Shown: positions 25,417-32,000 of the stretch, in pieces
Numbering within the stretch: position 1 is the stretch's first letter
Layout: every line of letters starts with the position of its first letter
Source: Wolbachia endosymbiont of Cimex lectularius
Lineage (GTDB): Bacteria; Pseudomonadota; Alphaproteobacteria; Rickettsiales; Anaplasmataceae
Direction of reading: 5' to 3'
Assembly (NCBI RefSeq): GCF_000829315.1
Contig: NZ_AP013028.1
Span: forward strand, 1,080,001-1,112,000
DNA: 32,000 nucleotides
Notes under the pieces: generated by a model
What the model was told of the DNA's origin: nothing
What the model saw: the letters and a program-made list of their open reading frames with translations, nothing else
Database searches by the model: none
Program-made: the position numbers and the translations under genes

Positions 25417-26439
25417 TTACCATTGGGACTTGGTTGAAATTTCACCTACTTGGCTTTGGCAGCAGGAGATTGGTGTTGTTGTGGTGGCGTGTTTTATGTC
25501 TGCCAGTTGCGGTAAAACCTTCACTGTTTCAGTACTTTCCGGTTGTGCTTGTTGCAATTGTGATGCTAATGCTTCATATAAAGATTTTGGTTCACGTCTC
25601 TTGCCTACTTTTACTTCTTTATTTGCGCGTAACTGTTCTTCAGTAACACCGTTGCTTTCAAGAAGCCTTACACCATTCTTATTGTCAATATTAATTTTAA
25701 TTTTACATTCTTTTCCATCAACATACCACCTTAAGGTCATTTCATATAATCCACTAATTATTTCATAAACTCTTTCCCCATTATCATTAATATAGCAACA
25801 TGCACCTCTCTTTTTTTCTTGATTAGGATGACAAAACGTAGTTGTTTTCACATTGTACTTTTTACATATATTACCACTCAGAAGTTTAGCTATATCTACT
25901 CTTTCTTTACTAGCATTCAACACAACTCTCACGGAAGGGTAAACAACATTCTCTTCCCTTTTACCTTCTTTTATCATTATGGACCCTATGGTATGATTTT
26001 TCATACCTTCGGATATCTCCGATTTAATTTGGTCAGCAATTTTGCCTACAATCTCTTTGCCGTGATACTGAGTTTCTCCTTTCTTCGGAGAAAAAGGTTT
26101 TTGGTTTGTAGTATTGGTAGAAGGGTTGTTCTGTAACTTAAAGAATTCATCCCATTCTTCATCGCTTTCCAACTTGACACGTCCACGCTCTGGTGTTGAT
26201 TTAGGTACATTCTGAGTGCTCAAATCACCAGAAAGCCCTTCTGTTGCAGCCGTACCAGCTTGCTCTTGCTTCACTTCATTATTTAGAAGGATAAGATGCT
26301 CTTCTGACTTTTTTTCACTTGGCTTTGAAGTTGCGTTATCAAAAGAAGACTCTTCGACCATAGGTGCGTAAGAATTTTTAACTTTATTCCTAATTGCGGA
26401 ATAAATAGCTCCACAGAATTCTCTGATCTTGCCTAACAT
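25417..26439 (-). CDS. Hypothetical protein (orphan; possible host-interaction factor)
   Basis: The ORF opens at 26457. GGAGGGG precedes the ATG at 26439 (MLGKIREF...). The N-terminal third is low-complexity and Ser/Thr/Glu-rich. The C-terminal two thirds are Cys-containing and probably globular. No family recognised. Confidence 0.65.
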   Translation of the reverse strand: MLGKIREFCGAIYSAIRNKVKNSYAPMVEESSFDNATSKPSEKKSEEHLILLNNEVKQEQAGTAATEGLSGDLSTQNVPKSTPERGRVKLESDEEWDEFFKLQNNPSTNTTNQKPFSPKKGETQYHGKEIVGKIADQIKSEISEGMKNHTIGSIMIKEGKREENVVYPSVRVVLNASKERVDIAKLLSGNICKKYNVKTTTFCHPNQEKKRGACCYINDNGERVYEIISGLYEMTLRWYVDGKECKIKINIDNKNGVRLLESNGVTEEQLRANKEVKVGKRREPKSLYEALASQLQQAQPESTETVKVLPQLADIKHATTTTPISCCQSQVGEISTKSQW

Positions 26440-26520
26440 ATACCCCTCCATTTTCAATGCACAACACCAGCATACAGCATTATGTCAATTAGTCAACAAT
26501 AATTATGGCAGAAAAGCTAT

Positions 26521-27501
26521 TTAATATCGAAGACTCAAATACTCCTTTGCTTGATCGGTTAAAACACGTCCTCTTGGTGTGCGCTTTACAAAACTGATTT
26601 TTATTAAATAAGGCTCTACTGTTTCTTCAATATTGCCAGCATCTTCAGATAACGCAATAGATATGGTGTCAATTCCAACAGGTCCTGAGGTGTTGAATAA
26701 AAATCTTAGGTAATCCATATCTAATTTATTTAATCCCATCTTATCTATGCCCAATTTTGATAGCGCAGAGTCAGCAATTTCGTAGATAATTTTTTTATCA
26801 TCTTCCGCTTCAACAAAATCTCTTATTCTTCTGAGTAACCTCAAAGCAATTCTTGGGGTGCCGCGTGCACGGCAGGCAATTTCCCGTATGGCACCCTCTT
26901 CGATTTCGGCAGAAAGAACTCTTGCGCCTCTTTTTATAATATCAACCAGTTCCTCAAAAGAATAAAATTCAAGGTGCAAAGGGATGCCAAAACGATCCCT
27001 AAGCGGTGCAGAAAGCAGTCCAAGCCGTGTTGTTGTTCCAATCAACGTAAATGGTGGTAAGTCTATTCTTAAAGTGCGAGTGGATGGGCCTTCGCCTACC
27101 AGTATGTCCAAGCAAAAGTCTTCCATGGCGGTATATAAGACTTCTTCAATGCTGCGATTTAACCTATGGATTTCGTCGATAAATAAGACATCTTTTGCAT
27201 TTAAAGTGGTGAGCACTGCAGCTAAATCTCCAGCTTTATTAAGTAAAGGACCAGAAGTTGCACGAAAGCTAACCCTTAACTCCTTAGAGACAATTTGTGC
27301 CAAGGTTGTTTTGCCAAGTCCTGGAGGACCGTGTAGTAAAACATGATCCAAAGCTTCAGTTCTCGTCTTTGCGGCATTTATAAATACTTTTAAATTTTGT
27401 ATTAAATCTTTTTGCCCAACAAAATCATCAAGTTGTTCAGGCCTAATGTTTACATTACGCGCATCTTCAGCATATTCTTTGTCATATGATATTGACTTCA
27501 T
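26521..27501 (-). CDS. ruvB: Holliday junction branch migration ATPase RuvB
   Basis: Walker [10 protein letters not shown], Walker [10 protein letters not shown] and RuvB-specific segments ([30 protein letters not shown]). Confidence 0.96.
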   Translation of the reverse strand: MKSISYDKEYAEDARNVNIRPEQLDDFVGQKDLIQNLKVFINAAKTRTEALDHVLLHGPPGLGKTTLAQIVSKELRVSFRATSGPLLNKAGDLAAVLTTLNAKDVLFIDEIHRLNRSIEEVLYTAMEDFCLDILVGEGPSTRTLRIDLPPFTLIGTTTRLGLLSAPLRDRFGIPLHLEFYSFEELVDIIKRGARVLSAEIEEGAIREIACRARGTPRIALRLLRRIRDFVEAEDDKKIIYEIADSALSKLGIDKMGLNKLDMDYLRFLFNTSGPVGIDTISIALSEDAGNIEETVEPYLIKISFVKRTPRGRVLTDQAKEYLSLRY

Positions 27502-28079
27502 AATGTTGAAAGCTCCTTAAGTGCCATGCGGATAATCTCCTTAGTGTCCAGGTTTGGTGATTCATCCTGTATTTTTTTTATTGTATCATAAGCTCTCATT
27601 TTTTCATACCCGAGGTTGATCAAAGCTGAAACAGCGTCTTCTTTAATTGGATGGAAATTGCTGTTATTTATTTCTAATTTACTCACTTTGCCACTCAGTT
27701 CTGTAATAATTCGATTAATGAGTTTGAGGCCAAGCCCGCTTATCTTGAGTGTTACTTTATCTTCATTCATAATTGCCAAAAACAACTGTTCTGGGGTTAA
27801 TTTACTCAAAATTGACATTGCAGTTTTATAGCTAACGCCGCTTACTTTAACAAGCAAGCGCAAGCACTGCTGTTCTTCTCTGCTTATGAAACCATATAGC
27901 TGAGTAATGTTTTCTCTATTATTTGCATAGGTTTCAATAAGCAATTTGATTTTACTTCCAGTGGAGCATGCATTTAGAGCTTTGGCTGAAAGGTATACTA
28001 TATAGCCAACATCATTTACATTCAGGATTATATGATCGCTATGAACTTCGTCGACTATTCCGCTTAGGTTTCCTATCAT
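27498..28079 (-). CDS. ruvA: Holliday junction DNA helicase subunit RuvA
   Basis: [12 protein letters not shown]... is a typical RuvA N-terminus with HhH motifs ([27 protein letters not shown]). Its TGA overlaps the ruvB ATG (ATGA at 27498-27501). An alternative GTG start lies at 28088. Confidence 0.93.
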   Translation of the reverse strand: MIGNLSGIVDEVHSDHIILNVNDVGYIVYLSAKALNACSTGSKIKLLIETYANNRENITQLYGFISREEQQCLRLLVKVSGVSYKTAMSILSKLTPEQLFLAIMNEDKVTLKISGLGLKLINRIITELSGKVSKLEINNSNFHPIKEDAVSALINLGYEKMRAYDTIKKIQDESPNLDTKEIIRMALKELSTL

Positions 28080-28206
28080 TTTCAGCACTGTATAGAGTTC
28101 AGTTTAAAAACTCCTGGATTCTAGGTCAAGTGTTGGTCTGAGATGTGTGGTCTTATCCTTTTGAATTTATAGCGCTCCAGAATCTAACCATCACACCCTC
28201 CATATA

Positions 28207-28881
28207 CTACTTATAACTCACTTTCACGCAATATCGGTTGTTCTTAAAAAGCAACCTAACATTTTTTATTCCTTGATTGCGAAGCTTTGATGCAGCTGAC
28301 TTGGCAGTCTGAGCATTTTCAAAAAATGCGACATATCCCCTACTTTCTGCACTGTTTTGTTTTGGGTGACGTTTCTGCATTTCTTTTTCGTACTGCTTTT
28401 TATAATGAGGGGTTTTTTGTATTAGTCGCCTTGACATTTTTTTTAGATACGTAATTTTTACCATAGTTAATCCATCTTCATGGAATCCTAAAATTTTCGC
28501 TGCTTTTTCTGAAAGATCTATTATTCTACCCTTAACAAATGGCCCTCTATCGTTAACTCTTACGATAAGTTGCTTTCCATTTTTTAAGTTAGTGACAAGA
28601 ACAAAGCAGGGTAGAGGTAAAGTCTTGTGCGCTGCGGAAATTGAGTTACGGTCAAACACTTCACCGTTTGCTGTAAGTGTACCATGATCTTCCATCCCAT
28701 ACCACGATGCTACTCCTATCTCCTCGTGATGGTTACAGTGCTTGGGATAATAAGTTACCCCATTTACTGTGTAGCTATTGCCAATTTTATAATGGCCTGC
28801 GGCATCATTACACCTGCTGCGAAAACTGCAACTACTTATCAAAACAAATATTAGGCATAAAAAAGCTAGATTTTTTATCAT
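28207..28881 (-). CDS. rlpA: Septal ring lytic transglycosylase RlpA-family lipoprotein (DPBB plus SPOR domains)
   Basis: Lipobox LISSC. DPBB core GVASWYG...[12 protein letters not shown]...[37 protein letters not shown]-like C-terminus. Confidence 0.88.
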   Translation of the reverse strand: MIKNLAFLCLIFVLISSCSFRSRCNDAAGHYKIGNSYTVNGVTYYPKHCNHHEEIGVASWYGMEDHGTLTANGEVFDRNSISAAHKTLPLPCFVLVTNLKNGKQLIVRVNDRGPFVKGRIIDLSEKAAKILGFHEDGLTMVKITYLKKMSRRLIQKTPHYKKQYEKEMQKRHPKQNSAESRGYVAFFENAQTAKSAASKLRNQGIKNVRLLFKNNRYCVKVSYK

Positions 28882-28967
28882 TGTATTCAGTGAAAGGGTT
28901 CGATACCATGAGGATTTTAAATTATACTATAACAAATTTAGTAATCAGTAAACGTCTACTGCTAAAT

Positions 28968-30446
28968 ATGAACAATACTCGAAAAGAAACAATACATATA
29001 ATTGGTATAGGCGGAATTGGAATGAGCGCAATTGCTGAAATTCTTCATAATTCTAATTATAAAGTCCAAGGCAGTGATACGCAATCAAATGACAATACAG
29101 ATAGGTTACAAAAGTTAGGTATAGAGGTTTATATTGGCCACAATGCAGATAACATCAGGCAAGCTCAAATAGTAGTACATTCTTCTGCAATAAAATTCGA
29201 CAATGTGGAGTTAGTTGCAACAAGAGATAACAACAAAACCATTTTGCATAGGTCAGACATACTTGCTGAAATTATGAAAGATAAATATGTGATAGCAGTT
29301 TCAGGTTCAAGTGGAAAGACGACAACAACCGCTATGATTGCCTCTATTTTTGACTACTCTGGTACCGATGCAACTGTAATTGTGGGAGGGATATTGAACT
29401 CCTATCGAAGTAACTCAAAACTTGGCAAGAGTGACATTTTTTTGATTGAAGCTGATGAGTCTGATGGAACTATGCTGAAGATTCCTGCAAACATTGCTGT
29501 TATAACAAGCATTAACGACGATCACATAGACCATTACGGCACATTTGACAATCTCAAAAATGCATTTTCTCAATTCGTGAATAATGCAGGTTCTGCAGTT
29601 TTACCTGATTCTGTAGACATCAATTGTGATGCAGGTAATTCTATAACGTTTGGGTTTGAAGATGTGTCTCCTTCTGTCATCCAATCCTCCTTTGTCATTC
29701 CAGTGCCACCTCCTGTCATCCCAGTGCTTGACACTGGGATCCAGAAAAAAAAATCAGCGTCACACTCTGCAAAAGTGAATAACGTTAGAGCTGCAAACAT
29801 TAAGCAGCATGTTAGCAGCATAGAATTTGATGTGTTGATTGACAATAACCACAGAATAAAGAATGTAGTACTACAAAACGCAATAGGAATACATAAAGTC
29901 AGCAACGCCTTGGCTGCAATATCGGTTGCGGTAAAACTTGGAATTAGCGATGTAGACATCAAAAAGGGCCTTTTGGAATTGAAAGGAGTAGCAAGAAGAT
30001 TTTCTTTAATTGCTGATATTAAAGGCGTTAAGTTAATTGAGGACTATGCCCATCATCCAAATGAAATACAGGCAACTCTGGCAGCAGCGCGCTTGATCAC
30101 TAAAGGAAAGGTAATAGGAATTATCGAACCGCTCCGTTTTGCTCGCATTCGTAATTTTTTTGATGAATTCGTACAAGTTTTTATGATGTTTGACTATGTC
30201 ATCCTCACTCCTGTTCATCCCCCAGAAGATGAGCCTATTCCCGGTTGTAGAATTGATGATATACAAAAAGCCTTAATCAGCAATGGGTTTAGTAATGTAG
30301 AGATTATGAATAATGCTTTGCTCATTTCACATTTCATCAATGATTCGACAAATTCAAGTGATGTAGTACTATTTATTGGTGCTGGTGGTAATATAGCCAA
30401 ACTAGCGAAAGAAACTGCAGCACTTATGTCGAAAATAGAGGTTTAA
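28968..30446 (+). CDS. murC: UDP-N-acetylmuramate--L-alanine ligase
   Basis: [18 protein letters not shown] (Rossmann N-domain), ATP-binding [18 protein letters not shown]. The start is placed at ATG 28968. The listed ORF begins at 28677 and would overlap the divergent rlpA. Confidence 0.93.
   Translation: MNNTRKETIHIIGIGGIGMSAIAEILHNSNYKVQGSDTQSNDNTDRLQKLGIEVYIGHNADNIRQAQIVVHSSAIKFDNVELVATRDNNKTILHRSDILAEIMKDKYVIAVSGSSGKTTTTAMIASIFDYSGTDATVIVGGILNSYRSNSKLGKSDIFLIEADESDGTMLKIPANIAVITSINDDHIDHYGTFDNLKNAFSQFVNNAGSAVLPDSVDINCDAGNSITFGFEDVSPSVIQSSFVIPVPPPVIPVLDTGIQKKKSASHSAKVNNVRAANIKQHVSSIEFDVLIDNNHRIKNVVLQNAIGIHKVSNALAAISVAVKLGISDVDIKKGLLELKGVARRFSLIADIKGVKLIEDYAHHPNEIQATLAAARLITKGKVIGIIEPLRFARIRNFFDEFVQVFMMFDYVILTPVHPPEDEPIPGCRIDDIQKALISNGFSNVEIMNNALLISHFINDSTNSSDVVLFIGAGGNIAKLAKETAALMSKIEV
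29665..29760. repeat. In-frame palindromic repeat insertion within murC
   Basis: Three TGTCAT(Y)(Y)CA units (29675, 29693, 29714). Hairpin ATCCCAGTG-cttga-CACTGGGAT (about 29718-29740). An A9 run at 29745-29753. Encodes ...[34 protein letters not shown]..., which interrupts otherwise MurC-like sequence. Confidence 0.6.
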
Positions 30447-30447
30447 C

Positions 30448-31725
30448 ATGATGAAAAAGATAATTAACAATGTATTTGCAAGAGAAATTTTGGATAGCAG
30501 GGGTTACCCAACCGTTGAGGTAGAAGTTGAGCTCTGCGATGGAGCAACAGATAGAGCTTCCGTACCTTCTGGAGCTTCAACCGGTAAACTAGAAGCCTTA
30601 GAACTGAGGGATCAAGATGAAAAAAGATATTGTGGTAAAGGAGTGCTGAAAGCTGTTCAGTCTGTGAATGGAGTGATAGCAAATGAAATTGTTGGCATGG
30701 ATGCAGCAAACCAGGGTGTGATTGATAAGGCTTTAATAGAGCTAGATGGAACGCAAAACAAATCTAAGCTTGGAGCAAACGCAACTTTAGTGGTGTCTCT
30801 TGCCGTTGCAAAAGCAGCGGCAAACAGTTTCAAAATGCCACTATATAAATATTTAGGGGGAGAGCAGGCAAGTGTCGTGCCGGTTCCACTCATTAACATA
30901 ATCAATGGCGGGGTACATGCGGACAATGAACTCGATTTTCAAGAATTTATGATTCTTCCTGTTGGGGCTGAAACTTTCAGTGAAGCGATCAGAATGTCTG
31001 CAGAGGTGTTTCATAATTTGCGCAGCATTCTCAAGAAAAAGGGTTACAGCACAAATGTAGGAGATGAAGGCGGTTTTGCACCGAATATCGAAAGCACCGA
31101 AGAAGCTCTTAATCTGATAATTCAGGCTGTAGAGTCTGCCGGTTATTCGATGCAAAGTCACTTTGCACTGGGTCTTGACGTTGCTTCATCTACTTTTTAT
31201 GAAGATAAAATTTACAAATTTGAAAATAGAAAGCTTACTTCAGAGGAATTGGCTGGGTACTATTGCGGCCTTGTCGAAAAATATCCTATAATTTCCATAG
31301 AAGATGCGATGAGTGAAGATGACTACGAAGGCTGGAGGTTACTTACTGCAAGGCTGGGAAATAAAATTCAATTGGTCGGGGATGATTTGTTTGTTACAAA
31401 TTGTGAGCTAATACGCAAAGGAATAGAGGAAAAAATGGCAAATGCTGTACTAATTAAACCAAATCAGATAGGAACATTAACGGAAACTTTGGCCGCTATT
31501 GAAATGGCAAAATCGAATGGCTACAAAGCCGTCATTTCTCATCGATCAGGTGAAACAGAAGACACAACGATATCTCATATAGCAATTGCGTCAAATTGCG
31601 GACAAATAAAGACTGGCTCGCTATCGCGTTCTGATAGACTTGCAAAGTACAACGAGCTAATGAGAATAGAAAGCACGCTGGGAGAAAGTGCTAAATACTA
31701 TCGTGGGTTGGCATGGACTTCATAG
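30448..31725 (+). CDS. eno: Enolase
   Basis: 425 aa. N-terminus [16 protein letters not shown], then [25 protein letters not shown] and SHRSGETED. Confidence 0.96.
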   Translation: MMKKIINNVFAREILDSRGYPTVEVEVELCDGATDRASVPSGASTGKLEALELRDQDEKRYCGKGVLKAVQSVNGVIANEIVGMDAANQGVIDKALIELDGTQNKSKLGANATLVVSLAVAKAAANSFKMPLYKYLGGEQASVVPVPLINIINGGVHADNELDFQEFMILPVGAETFSEAIRMSAEVFHNLRSILKKKGYSTNVGDEGGFAPNIESTEEALNLIIQAVESAGYSMQSHFALGLDVASSTFYEDKIYKFENRKLTSEELAGYYCGLVEKYPIISIEDAMSEDDYEGWRLLTARLGNKIQLVGDDLFVTNCELIRKGIEEKMANAVLIKPNQIGTLTETLAAIEMAKSNGYKAVISHRSGETEDTTISHIAIASNCGQIKTGSLSRSDRLAKYNELMRIESTLGESAKYYRGLAWTS

Positions 31726-32000
31726 ACGAAGTTAGATTGTATCTAAAGGCTGGTGATGGCGGTGATGGCTGCGCGAGTTTTCGTCGAGAAAAATTCGTCG
31801 AATTTGGTGGTCCAAACGGTGGTAATGGAGGGAAGGGAGGAGACATAGTTTTTGTCAGCGATGCAAATCTCAACACTTTGCTTAATTTCCGTTATAGGAG
31901 ACACATTAAAGCAAACGATGGAAAAAGTGGTGCAAGCAGAGATAGGTCTGGCACAGCAGGAAAAGACGTCGTACTTAAAGTTCCGGTTGGGACACAAATA
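31713..32000 (+). CDS. obg: GTPase Obg, N-terminal part (3' end off-window)
   Basis: ATG at 31713 overlaps the eno 3' end. [47 protein letters not shown] is the Obg-fold glycine-rich N-domain. Open to the window edge, hence absent from the ORF track. Confidence 0.93.
   Translation, partial: MDFIDEVRLYLKAGDGGDGCASFRREKFVEFGGPNGGNGGKGGDIVFVSDANLNTLLNFRYRRHIKANDGKSGASRDRSGTAGKDVVLKVPVGTQI

Noticed and set aside
29570-29962. 130-aa minus-strand ORF inside murC
   Set aside because: It is antisense to murC and owes its openness partly to the palindromic insert, which reads similarly on both strands.

Overview
AT-rich bacterial chromosome segment. The housekeeping set (PDRP-like kinase, bL36, FtsB, PepA, ElbB, Gmk, Ppa, Coq7, DsbB, Der, ArgS, NhaC-like, RuvBA, RlpA, MurC, Eno, Obg), several ankyrin-repeat genes, a secreted pentapeptide-repeat protein, IS5-family elements and palindromic repeats inside coding genes best fit a Wolbachia-like Rickettsiales endosymbiont (inference from protein recognition, no search run). 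Core genes occupy about 1-13.0 kb, 16.0-17.8 kb and 26.5-32 kb. Accessory, decaying DNA occupies 13.1-15.9 kb and 17.8-26.5 kb. Main observations: (1) Three >99% identical 860/861-bp IS5-family copies with 18-bp terminal inverted repeats and T(T/A)A flanks. One is a clean insertion into an ankyrin gene. The other two sit between unrelated truncated genes. The transposase needs a +1-type shift at an A8 run, and copy 3 has an extra A in a second run. (2) A tandem pair of Cys/His-rich paralogues, one intact with an acidic repeat-built N-terminus and one decayed. (3) A 3'-truncated SPPF-type (m4C-like) DNA methyltransferase with no recognisable nuclease partner, next to an Rpn/PD-(D/E)XK 'transposase' gene bracketed by a thrice-repeated ~45-60 bp motif. 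(4) One short palindromic repeat family present in frame in murC and der and as a ~240-bp MITE-like element between elbB and gmk. (5) A translationally coupled pair of signal-peptide-bearing ankyrin and pentapeptide-repeat proteins. (6) A membrane protein with a bilobed hydrophobic domain, split at a G-run. (7) A signal-peptide-bearing intradiol-dioxygenase-like protein with HIN in place of the HIH iron-ligand motif. I found no rRNA, no CRISPR array and no complete, recognisable novel multi-gene system. The candidates above are partial or degraded. All coordinates were hand-counted and repeat or hairpin edges may be off by a few bases. Family calls rest on motif recognition only.
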